Positions 33,401-40,111 of a stretch of DNA of 40,111 nucleotides are shown here, piece after piece. The translations under genes and the position numbers were made by a program. Origin of the DNA: an uncultured Gammaproteobacteria bacterium (lineage in GTDB: Bacteria > Patescibacteriota > Microgenomatia > JAMCZE01); assembly GCA_964576435.1 (NCBI GenBank), contig CAZNUP010000002.1, positions 1 through 40,111 of the forward strand, given 5' to 3'. The notes under the pieces were generated by a model. The model worked only from the letters and a program-made list of their open reading frames with translations. It made no database searches and was not told the DNA's origin. How positions within the stretch are numbered: position 1 is the stretch's first letter; every line of letters begins with the position of its first letter.

Positions 33401-35212
33401 GTGAACGGAGGAATCACGGTTAATTCATGCACGGGTTGTGCGGGAGCTTCACAGTGGCAACTTAATTCTGGGGTTCTTGCTCCAACTGATGTGACCCAGT
33501 CGCTGGCAATTGGGGGAACAGCAACCAGTTCAGCAAAGTTTCTCGTTTACGGAGTCAGTAGCTTGAATCCAGTAGCCAGCATTTCCGGGTCCTCATCTAA
33601 GGCGGCATTTATGATCGACAACACAGTTGGGGATTTGTTTACGGCCTCTTCCTCAGGACTCAACAGGTTTGTCATTAAACAAAATGGTGGAGTTGGCATT
33701 GGCGCTGCTAATGTTGGCAAGACGCTGGATGTGCGCGGACCTGTGGCGATTGCACAATCTTCTGGAGGAACGGGGGCGCTGGATATTGAACCACTTGCTA
33801 ATGGGGCAGAATTTTGGACGAACACTGGCTATGATCCATTGAGTCCAACGGCTGGCTGGACAAGCACAATGGCACTGGTTAATGGGAACGTCGGTGTGGG
33901 AACGACAACTGCTAGTTCACAAATGCACATTTATAATGGGGGTGGGAGTGCGACGGGGTTAACCGTGCAAAATGCAAATGCTGGAGGGAATCCATTTATT
34001 CGAGTGCAGGGAGCATCCAGCAGGTCGGTGAACGTCTACCTGAATGGTGGAGGAACTGACATCATGTCTTTGGCAGTGGCTTCTGATTCACCTTTTGCCC
34101 AGATACATGCGGCATCAAATTATGGGCTGCGATTTTATACCCATGGGGGAAGTTTGGCACAAACCATTGATATCAATGGTAATGTTGGGATTGGGAGCGA
34201 CACACCTGGAGTGAGACTGGATGTTGTGGGAAGCGGCACAGGTGGAACAATCGCCAGATTTGTTGATAACAATACCACCGGGTGCACGCTTGCAACTGGA
34301 GGCACTATCTCCTGTTCATCTGATGTCAATCTTAAAAAGAATATTGAGGAATTGCCGTATGGTCTTTCTGAAATAATGCGACTGCGACCGGTGGAATTCA
34401 ACTGGAAAGCTGATGCTGAAGGCCTTGCCAAGTCGCTTGGGTTTATTGCGCAGGATGTTGAACATGTGGTGCCAAAATTGGTGACCACAGACCCGGCTTC
34501 TGGAACGAAGCAACTTAACACGATCGGGCTGGTGCCGATTGTTGTTAAGGCTTTACAGGAGCAACAAGCGCAAATTGCGGGACTTCAGGAGATCCCACAG
34601 ATTAAGAGTGATTTGGAAAAGACACGGGAAGAGATGGCCAGTGTTTCAGCTAGACTTGCAAACGTTGAACAGAAAGTAGAAGTTGAATGGCCAACTTTGG
34701 ATCTTAGTGATTGGACAAACGCCGATTTAGCAACAGTTGCAGGCGACCTGAAAGTTACTGGCCTTACTCAACTTGCGGAAACTTCTATAGGTGGGAAATT
34801 GACGGTTGGACTATTAGCATTTGATGATCTTGACGCAGACATTAGTAGCCTTGGTGAAAAATTTAGCATTCAGGATGGGGCAGTGCTAATAGGCAAAAAT
34901 GGCGATATAACAACCTCTGGCAAAATTGAGGCTAAATCTATCCAAATTGAGAAAATTAACGTTCTCGGAGAGGAAACTTCTAGTAGTTCAGCTAGTCTCA
35001 AGGCTTCAATCGGTACTATATATATAGAACCAGGGGAGACATCAAAAGTAGTTCAAACTACAGCAATTACGGATAGGTCAAAAGTGTTTGTCAGCGTGGT
35101 TGAGGAACCAGTGGCAGTTTCAGCTCGAAAGATAGGAGATAATCAATTCGAGGTCAAGATTAAAGAGCCGCTTGGAAATCGAATCAGTGTGAATTGGTGG
35201 GTGGTGAACTAG
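30440..35212 (+). CDS. Giant membrane-anchored protein: MerR-like HTH, one TM helix, tail-fibre-like repeat region, S74-type intramolecular chaperone module, extra C-terminal domain
   Basis: HTH: RIRYWSTIGLIPH...YPCYTVDLLLKIQELQKQGLPLENIKAIV. TM helix at nt ~30832-30903. Six copies of the (S/N)G(N/G)VG(I/V)G...(L/M)(D/H)V motif. S74-like SSDVNLKKNIEEL...GFIAQDVEHVVP...VKALQEQQAQIAGLQ at nt ~34316-34590. TTG start at 30440, with ATG 30455 as an alternative. Confidence 0.85.
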   Translation: MSSKYMQTALVSQAQLIDLATKAGFVFGWGEPENRIRYWSTIGLIPHAVKKDGLGHYPCYTVDLLLKIQELQKQGLPLENIKAIVNREEMRLKVGEMLNGESVPQIPEPVVPKPSALYEDIKPGRKYSKKTIAVVAGLLFLLLSVGLGGAYGIYKFREAGNISAGSVLAGFSAKKFLQFNPRVKFAGSPDGFSLYGGEVERRLTVIGSDVGLDQNLTATSSPTFAGINLPATTGQIVVGGTGIITAPQATGTIVLDTATQTLTNKTISGSDNTFSNIPNSALSNSSITINTSGSLSGGGSVSLGGSISLSASGGSSGTTSTASAGFLTLQTSGGNLGNSVLSQSGGTLQVDGLNAVSVGSYSCVITTNGIVTDSGACPSGGGSKWQLNAGVLAPNDVTQSVALGDTASASAKIFLDGVSGNVGIGTGIPGANLHVVGKAIIKDSNDNVFISDGNTYGGSAWNVAIGAGSMNALQGSAESNVAVGYQTLRSMTVGTNNVALGKQALYSAVNSSGTVGLGDRAGFMSNSSQSVFIGTSAGFYENEDYKLYISTSNTAYPLIYGDFNQAYVGINGTLAVGIATPSGTLDVRSRNGTMPIASISGASSLPALVVDNSVGDLFTASSSGLSRFVITQNGNVGIGSSVPNAKLDVPARVKFGAPTGNAESVFINGGNETASAATYNLGLMTGALNSITSGDYNTAVGYNAGYSLTNTGNNVLMGYEAGAGLTGDQNVYLGNFSGPGFGQGDGNSDENIAIGYSAANNLKGWGNIIMGAQAGQSVTTGNYNLILGYDAEVSGGATSYSIALGYSATTNASNQMVVGGSGGVINDVYFGNGVTSSSPTSPTINASGGSGNNIAGGNLTLAGGKGTGNAAGGDIIFQTSDAGVSGSTLQSLTTKMTISELGHVTPGTDDAQDLGSNSLRWRDIYLGPASLHIGTATGDEGLITYDTGLNNTNISSPGNVIMQASSGNVGIGTTDPQYKLDVVGSMRVNGGITVNSCTGCAGASQWQLNSGVLAPTDVTQSLAIGGTATSSAKFLVYGVSSLNPVASISGSSSKAAFMIDNTVGDLFTASSSGLNRFVIKQNGGVGIGAANVGKTLDVRGPVAIAQSSGGTGALDIEPLANGAEFWTNTGYDPLSPTAGWTSTMALVNGNVGVGTTTASSQMHIYNGGGSATGLTVQNANAGGNPFIRVQGASSRSVNVYLNGGGTDIMSLAVASDSPFAQIHAASNYGLRFYTHGGSLAQTIDINGNVGIGSDTPGVRLDVVGSGTGGTIARFVDNNTTGCTLATGGTISCSSDVNLKKNIEELPYGLSEIMRLRPVEFNWKADAEGLAKSLGFIAQDVEHVVPKLVTTDPASGTKQLNTIGLVPIVVKALQEQQAQIAGLQEIPQIKSDLEKTREEMASVSARLANVEQKVEVEWPTLDLSDWTNADLATVAGDLKVTGLTQLAETSIGGKLTVGLLAFDDLDADISSLGEKFSIQDGAVLIGKNGDITTSGKIEAKSIQIEKINVLGEETSSSSASLKASIGTIYIEPGETSKVVQTTAITDRSKVFVSVVEEPVAVSARKIGDNQFEVKIKEPLGNRISVNWWVVN

Positions 35213-35219
35213 GGTGATA

Positions 35220-35228
35220 TGGTATAAT
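35220..35228 (+). promoter_or_regulatory. Extended -10 element (TGGTATAAT) upstream of the zinc-ribbon gene
   Basis: A perfect TGnTATAAT lies 8 nt after the stop of the giant gene. It predicts an about 110-nt leader that contains a 12-bp palindrome. Confidence 0.35.
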
Positions 35229-35342
35229 GCATTTACCAGTTCGGAAACCTCGTAGTTTTAGACTCTATCCTGGAATTCCAGTAGTGAGTGGGAAACCAAA
35301 AGGACACTGGAATTCAACAACGGATGGAGGTGACAATCAAAA

Positions 35343-35690
35343 ATGGATTTTCAAGATAAAACACTCGTCTGCAAAGATTGCGGAAAAGAGTTCGTATGGA
35401 CAGCTTCTGAACAGCAATTTTATGCTGACAAAGGCTTTACCAACCCCCCTGTCAGATGCCCAGATTGTCGTGCTAAAAGAAAAGCACAGATGAATGATGG
35501 CGGCGGACGTGGAGGATACAATGGTGGAGGAGGCAACTACAATCAAGGACCAAGACAAATGTATGCAGCAACCTGCAGCAATTGTGGACAGCCTTGCCAA
35601 GTTCCTTTCCAACCAAGACTCGACGATGCCGGTAAACCAGTTAAACCAATTTATTGCAATAACTGTTACCGACAAATGAAAGGAAACTAG
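35343..35690 (+). CDS. Double zinc-ribbon protein with Gly/Arg-rich linker
   Basis: CKDC...CPDC and CSNC...CNNC pairs are separated by NDGGGRGGYNGGGGNYNQGPR. Strong SD GGAGGTGA at 35326-35333. The N-terminal half resembles the 'probable zinc-ribbon' (zf-trcl-like) family, recalled from memory. Confidence 0.8.
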   Translation: MDFQDKTLVCKDCGKEFVWTASEQQFYADKGFTNPPVRCPDCRAKRKAQMNDGGGRGGYNGGGGNYNQGPRQMYAATCSNCGQPCQVPFQPRLDDAGKPVKPIYCNNCYRQMKGN

Positions 35691-35714
35691 TTTGAGGATT
35701 AGTTAACTTTTAAA

Positions 35715-35745
35715 AGACTTCCTAGAAATAGGGAGTCTTTTTTTT
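35715..35745. terminator. Bidirectional intrinsic terminator
   Basis: AGACTTCCT (35715-35723) pairs with AGGGAGTCT (35730-35738) and is followed by a T8 run. An A/T tract on the other side serves the convergent - strand gene. Confidence 0.8.
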
Positions 35746-35759
35746 GGAGAATTAACTAT

Positions 35760-37844
35760 TTATTGAAGCTCTCCACTTGAAGTACCTACTTGAGGAGCTG
35801 GAGTAGTTGCAGCTTTAGGTAGGTTTGTTTGTGTGCCACTTGGTGAAGCTAGTGGTTCTTGTGGACCAGCTGGTGTAGTGCCAGTTTGGCCGGATTTAGT
35901 GGCTTCAGCGGCCGCGTCACTTGAAATCTTTTTATTTACTTCAACAATTTCAGCGTTTACTCTCACACAATCCGCGCCGGTATTAGAGACGGCACAGACT
36001 AGGGTAGAAGTGGTTTGTAGTTCTTGTAATGCTAATTGGTTTTGACCAAGACCTTTTAAGGCTTGAGCTAAGTTGTAGTGAGCATTAGCAAAGTCTGGTT
36101 TCAAGTTTACTGCAGTATTAAAGATTTGCGCGGCGTTTTGGTAGTCACCGGCGGCAAAGAATATGCCTCCTAGATCGAGTCTTAGTCTTGGGTTGGTTGG
36201 ATCAAGTTGAACGGCTTGGTTTTGAGAAGCAACCGCCCATTGATCTGCCCCTTGTGCGAAATTGATAAGGTTTCTATAGACTAGGGAAAGATTTTCCCAA
36301 GCACTGGCTCTTTGAGGGGCTAAGGCGGCACCAGCTCGTGCTTCTCTAATTGCTTGTTGAACAAGAGTTACCACGGTCTGTTTTTGTTCGTCGGTTAGAT
36401 TTGCTTGACCAGCTAAGGAATTAGCCAGGGCAAGATTAGTTTGAGAATAACTGATTCTATAGTTTGAGTTGTATGGATTTAGTTCCAAAGCTTTGATCTG
36501 AAGATCGTAAGTTTCTTTGCCTTGATTCTTTGCGGCTGCTTCTAAGCTTCTGGCAAAGTAGTAGTCAGCTAGGGTAAAGTTTCTTAAATATCCTGGCCAG
36601 ACTAGTGTTGTAAAAACGACAATGGTCAAGACTATAGTAGCAATGACTGGAAAGACTTTACTTGATTTTTCTTCTTCTTTTGAATAGAGACTGACACCTT
36701 TTAGTCTATAGAAAGCCATCAACATACCTGATGCTGCAAACAAAAGGAAGAGTGATAAAAGGGGGGCGGGGAAAATTAATCCGAGGACTAGGATTACAGC
36801 AATTGAACCAATGATACCTTTTTCCATTGGTGAGGTGCCTTCGAGTTTTAGCCTAGCTCTTGCTATTTGAACAAACTTCAAAATGTAGAAAGCGACAAAG
36901 GCAAGACCTAAGATGCCAAGACTTGTTAAGACTGAGAGGTAAAGGTTGGAACTGGTTGAGAACCTTAGATTCCAAAAATTACTGGCATTAAATTCGGTCG
37001 GTTTATATAGAGTAAAAGCGTCGAGTGTGTTATTTGGCCCAATGCCAAGAAGTGCATTCTTTGGGGTTTGAATTACACCTGTTGCAATTTTCCATCCAGA
37101 AACGTGATCCAAGAGAATTGGTCTATTTTGAAAAAGAACATATGCTGAGCAAGCCATGCCTATTACGATTAAGACAAGAAGAGGTATGGTGGCGCCTTTT
37201 TGCTTTAGACCGTGTGATTTTGAAAGGCCAATTACTAAAGGTAAAACAGCTGCTAAGAATAGAACTGCTGCTAGTGCTGAGCCGGCGATATTGAAGCCAG
37301 GGTTCAAAAGGAAAAAGTTAATATTTATCTTTAATACTGGATTTAATAGAACATAAAGTGTCTGAATGCCTATAAATGCACCAAGGATTGCTCCGACTAT
37401 GCCAAGAAATAGAGCAAATTTTTCAACAATGGTTTCCTTTTGAGGGATGAGGGAGAAAAGGAAATAAAGACAGACTCCGCCAACTAACATTAAAGTTTCA
37501 CCGGAAAGAGAAGCGTAGAAATTTGGTGTCAAAATAGCAGAGACAATTGCCAAGATGCCTAAGAGGAGTAGAGGAAGATCAAAGGAACTTTTGATCATTC
37601 CATATCTTTTCTGGAAAAGAGATCTTATTGACCAAACCAAAAGACCACCAATGCCTAGAAAGAAAATAAGCAGTTGTTTTGGGAATTCTAGTGGATCTGA
37701 AAGGAAGGGAACAAAGATTAAAGGAATAGCAATAATTGCGACAAAACAAATTGCTAAGACGATATTTCCAAGAGTCAAAGAAATTTGTTCTTTGCTTTCT
37801 TTACTAATGTTTTCCATTGGATTTGGAATTGTGACGTTGTCCAT
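35760..37844 (-). CDS. O-antigen ligase/polymerase-like polytopic membrane protein with C-terminal TPR repeats
   Basis: At least 10 hydrophobic helices over ~430 aa, then TPR-like repeats (AHYNLAQALKGLGQNQLALQELQ and others) and a low-complexity Thr/Pro/Gly tail. Confidence 0.8.
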   Translation of the reverse strand: MDNVTIPNPMENISKESKEQISLTLGNIVLAICFVAIIAIPLIFVPFLSDPLEFPKQLLIFFLGIGGLLVWSIRSLFQKRYGMIKSSFDLPLLLLGILAIVSAILTPNFYASLSGETLMLVGGVCLYFLFSLIPQKETIVEKFALFLGIVGAILGAFIGIQTLYVLLNPVLKININFFLLNPGFNIAGSALAAVLFLAAVLPLVIGLSKSHGLKQKGATIPLLVLIVIGMACSAYVLFQNRPILLDHVSGWKIATGVIQTPKNALLGIGPNNTLDAFTLYKPTEFNASNFWNLRFSTSSNLYLSVLTSLGILGLAFVAFYILKFVQIARARLKLEGTSPMEKGIIGSIAVILVLGLIFPAPLLSLFLLFAASGMLMAFYRLKGVSLYSKEEEKSSKVFPVIATIVLTIVVFTTLVWPGYLRNFTLADYYFARSLEAAAKNQGKETYDLQIKALELNPYNSNYRISYSQTNLALANSLAGQANLTDEQKQTVVTLVQQAIREARAGAALAPQRASAWENLSLVYRNLINFAQGADQWAVASQNQAVQLDPTNPRLRLDLGGIFFAAGDYQNAAQIFNTAVNLKPDFANAHYNLAQALKGLGQNQLALQELQTTSTLVCAVSNTGADCVRVNAEIVEVNKKISSDAAAEATKSGQTGTTPAGPQEPLASPSGTQTNLPKAATTPAPQVGTSSGELQ

Positions 37845-37848
37845 ATTT

Positions 37849-38370
37849 TTAATTTTTGATTAGGTAATTAATATTTGTTTTGTCTAAATTGTCAAGACTT
37901 GTTTTGGGAACGGCAATTAAATAGACATTGGATTTATCAGATCCAGAGTGCATTTTTACACTATTATTTAACGAAAGACTATCCACTTTATTCATAGTGT
38001 TTAGACCACTTGTATTTAAAGTGGAGACTAATACACCAATTACAAGACCTAGGAAAAGATAAGCAAAATTTGATGGTTTAACTTTGATTACAAAGTCGTT
38101 ATTAATAGCAGGAATTTGGACTAGAGATAGTTCTTGAACTGGTAACAAATTGGTTTTTTGCATTTGTGAGAGAGTAATGCCTTGGTTTTGCATGTTTTTA
38201 ATTTCCTCAATCTTATTTAGTGAATCTTTTGGATAACATCCCGTCATTTCACCATTGATCTTCTTTTTGATTGCTTTTGGAAGTAAGCCCAATTTTGTCA
38301 AATAGGCAATTTGCACTTTTGTAGTGCCAGTTTGATTTGTGAGTTCATTAATGGTTATTAAGTCAGACAT
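37849..38370 (-). CDS. Membrane-anchored MerR-like HTH protein (paralog of the N-terminus of the giant protein)
   Basis: ITINELTNQTGTTKVQIAYLTKLGLLPKAIKKK...GCYPKDSLNKIEEIKNMQNQGITLSQMQK aligns with residues ~15-85 of the 1590-aa protein. It has one TM helix (FAYLFLGLVIGVLVSTL) and a short external tail. Confidence 0.7.
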   Translation of the reverse strand: MSDLITINELTNQTGTTKVQIAYLTKLGLLPKAIKKKINGEMTGCYPKDSLNKIEEIKNMQNQGITLSQMQKTNLLPVQELSLVQIPAINNDFVIKVKPSNFAYLFLGLVIGVLVSTLNTSGLNTMNKVDSLSLNNSVKMHSGSDKSNVYLIAVPKTSLDNLDKTNINYLIKN

Positions 38371-38496
38371 ATTTTCTTTCCAAAAGAAATTCCTTCATTC
38401 CAGACTAAAAGTTTTTTTTGAAACAGTCAATAGGTCAAAATATGTCAAAAATGAAAAAAGTTGCAGTTTAGGTCTTATCTTTGTATTCTGATAGAT

Positions 38497-39261
38497 GTGA
38501 AGAAAATTGTTTTCGCTACAACTATTTTTATATCTTTTTTCCTGTCGATATTTTCAGGAGTGGTATTTGCTGATTACTCTGCGATCTCGATCGCCAATAC
38601 TTATTTTATTTCTGATAAACAAGCAAAGTATGGAGATATTATTAGTAATTCGACCAAGGGACTTGTTAGGACAACCTCGCCTTATCAGAGCACAATTTTG
38701 GGAGTATTAACCGAAGAACCTGTGGCAGTTTTTAAAGCAGACTCTGATGCGGAAAAACCCGTCGCAACAGGCGGGGTGGTTGTTGTTAATGTAAATAGTA
38801 GCAACGGTGAAATAAAGAAGGGGGACTTTGTTACTTCTTCTTCTACACCTGGTCAAGGGATGAAGGCCACTAATTCTGGTTATGCAATTGGAATGGCAAT
38901 TGATAACGCAAGTGGAGGGAAAGTTAATGTGGCGCTCCGAGTTGAATACGCGGAACTTTCTTCACCTCAAACACTCAAACGATTATTTGATTTACTTGGT
39001 AGGGGAATATTTCAAAATGTTGAGGACCCTGATAAGTTTGGACAACTTATCAGGTACATTGCCGCAGGTCTTGCGATCATTGCAGCAATACTGCTGGCGC
39101 TTTTGACTTTTTCCAGATCGGTTCCAAAGGCAATTGAAGCCATTGGTCGAAATCCGCTAGCTAGGACATCTATTTATCTGTCGTTGGTGGTTTCAGTGAT
39201 TTTGATGATTGTAATTATTGCTATGGGGATAGCGGGAGCAGTTATTGTTTTGCGAGTTTAA
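38497..39261 (+). CDS. Hypothetical exported protein with two C-terminal TM helices
   Basis: GTG 38497 gives a signal-peptide-like N-terminus (VKKIVFATTIFISFFLSIFSGVVFA). A beta-rich middle region precedes two hydrophobic helices at the C-terminus. The ORF is open from TTG 38461. Confidence 0.65.
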   Translation: MKKIVFATTIFISFFLSIFSGVVFADYSAISIANTYFISDKQAKYGDIISNSTKGLVRTTSPYQSTILGVLTEEPVAVFKADSDAEKPVATGGVVVVNVNSSNGEIKKGDFVTSSSTPGQGMKATNSGYAIGMAIDNASGGKVNVALRVEYAELSSPQTLKRLFDLLGRGIFQNVEDPDKFGQLIRYIAAGLAIIAAILLALLTFSRSVPKAIEAIGRNPLARTSIYLSLVVSVILMIVIIAMGIAGAVIVLRV

Positions 39262-39292
39262 AGGATCGTTTTATATATGGTAATCTTAATTC

Positions 39293-39931
39293 ATGGAAAC
39301 TAATTTGGTTTTAATTCTTATTGGGGTAATTGTTGTTTGCCAAGTGCTTTTACTTGTTTATTATTTCAAATCAGTAAAGCAATCTCAAAAAGAAACCACA
39401 CTTGACGAAAAAGAATGGGATCTTCTTCATGATGCCCAAAAGAAATCACAAGCAATTGTCGCTAATTCCGAACTGGAATCAATAAGACAAACGGCTTCGA
39501 CGAGACTTCAAACTGAAAAGTTTGAAAAAGAATACGAAAAAGAAATGGGACTCACCTCGCGGGAAGTTATGGATCTTATCAAGGCTGAAACTGCAAAGGC
39601 AGGACAGAATTATAAAGTAGAACTAGCAAAGATGCTTGAGGAGCAAAAAATGGAACTTAATGATAATAAGAAGATGACTAACCAGAAAATGGAGGAACTG
39701 GTTTTGGGACTTGATAAGGATCTTAGTCAGACGGTTAAGTCTATTGAGGACCAGGTGCAAAAGGATCTTTTGGAATATAAGAAGATGAGAGAAAGACAAA
39801 TTGACCAAAATGGTGAAGAAATACTTGAAAAAGCAGCGGAACTATTTATTGGGAAAGCTCTTGACCGTAAAGGACATATGCAGCTTATTTATGAAGCCTT
39901 AGAGAGAGCAAAAAATGAAAAACAAATTTAA
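39293..39931 (+). CDS. Membrane-anchored coiled-coil protein, hypothetical
   Basis: N-terminal TM helix (LVLILIGVIVVCQVLLLVYYF), then a Lys/Glu-rich heptad-like sequence. Confidence 0.6.
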   Translation: METNLVLILIGVIVVCQVLLLVYYFKSVKQSQKETTLDEKEWDLLHDAQKKSQAIVANSELESIRQTASTRLQTEKFEKEYEKEMGLTSREVMDLIKAETAKAGQNYKVELAKMLEEQKMELNDNKKMTNQKMEELVLGLDKDLSQTVKSIEDQVQKDLLEYKKMRERQIDQNGEEILEKAAELFIGKALDRKGHMQLIYEALERAKNEKQI

Positions 39932-40111
39932 TTTTCTCAGTCGGAGTGAAGCGCTTAACGATCTTTGGTCTAGACGGGACGAATTTGAAAAGAACGACAA
40001 ACTGGAAGAATTCGAGGCTTTGGAAAAAGAAATTAAAGAGGTGCCAACTTTGACCGTGGATATGGTTTTTGAGCCCAACCAAAAAGAAACGCTGGAACTT
40101 TTAGAAAGAAC
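39915..40111 (+). CDS. Hypothetical protein, 5' partial at window end
   Basis: My own translation from ATG 39915 gives MKNKFNFLSRSEALNDLWSRRDEFEKNDKLEEFEALEKEIKEVPTL..., with no stop before the window ends. It overlaps the upstream gene by 17 nt. Confidence 0.4.
   Translation, partial: MKNKFNFLSRSEALNDLWSRRDEFEKNDKLEEFEALEKEIKEVPTLTVDMVFEPNQKETLELLER

Noticed and set aside
31592-33703. Possibility that the repeated boxes in the fibre gene are a diversity-generating retroelement template/variable repeat pair.
   Set aside because: There is no reverse transcriptase gene in the window. Both copies are in-frame coding modules, and the differences are not biased to adenine positions.
35227-35493. 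88-aa ORF overlapping the start of the zinc-ribbon gene.
   Set aside because: It is out of frame with a convincingly real CxxC-rich gene that has a strong SD. The region 35229-35342 is better explained as that gene's leader.
1-40111. Scan for CRISPR arrays, IS elements or transposases, integrases and prophage blocks.
   Set aside because: No regularly spaced direct repeats and no transposase, integrase or RT-like ORFs were seen. The tail-fibre-like gene is isolated, without capsid, terminase or baseplate neighbours.

Overview
AT-rich bacterial chromosome segment. Several traits suggest a reduced, CPR/Patescibacteria-like genome, though this is inference and not proven here: an intron in the 23S rRNA, very short spacers, many 4-nt ATGA gene overlaps, weak or absent Shine-Dalgarno sites, abundant GT2, O-antigen-ligase and TPR surface genes, and GH57-type glycogen genes. 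The window holds the 3' end of a 23S rRNA split by an ORF-less group I intron, a 5S rRNA, two tRNA-Ala genes and about 40 CDS. Recognisable genes are rpsA, radA, rho, dut, nth, glgA, glgP, a GH57 enzyme, uppP, a LysM/M23 peptidase, three GT2 glycosyltransferases, a secreted HExxH protease, an SDR and a SAM methyltransferase. Main second-look items: (1) a 1590-aa protein fusing a cytoplasmic MerR-like HTH, one TM helix, a tail-fibre-like repeat region and an S74-type autoproteolytic chaperone module, with a small HTH-TM paralog 2.6 kb downstream; (2) a three-gene citrate-cleavage set (ACL / citryl-CoA synthetase plus lyase type) interleaved with unrelated genes; (3) a NYN-nuclease gene that appears inserted into the first 14 codons of the citryl-CoA-lyase gene, flanked by a duplicated 41-nt copy of that gene's 5' end; (4) Rho with a disordered N-terminus containing an Asn-rich, prion-like tract; (5) a candidate about 95-nt sRNA next to a small promoter-driven two-ORF cassette. 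No CRISPR array, transposase, integrase or reverse transcriptase was seen.
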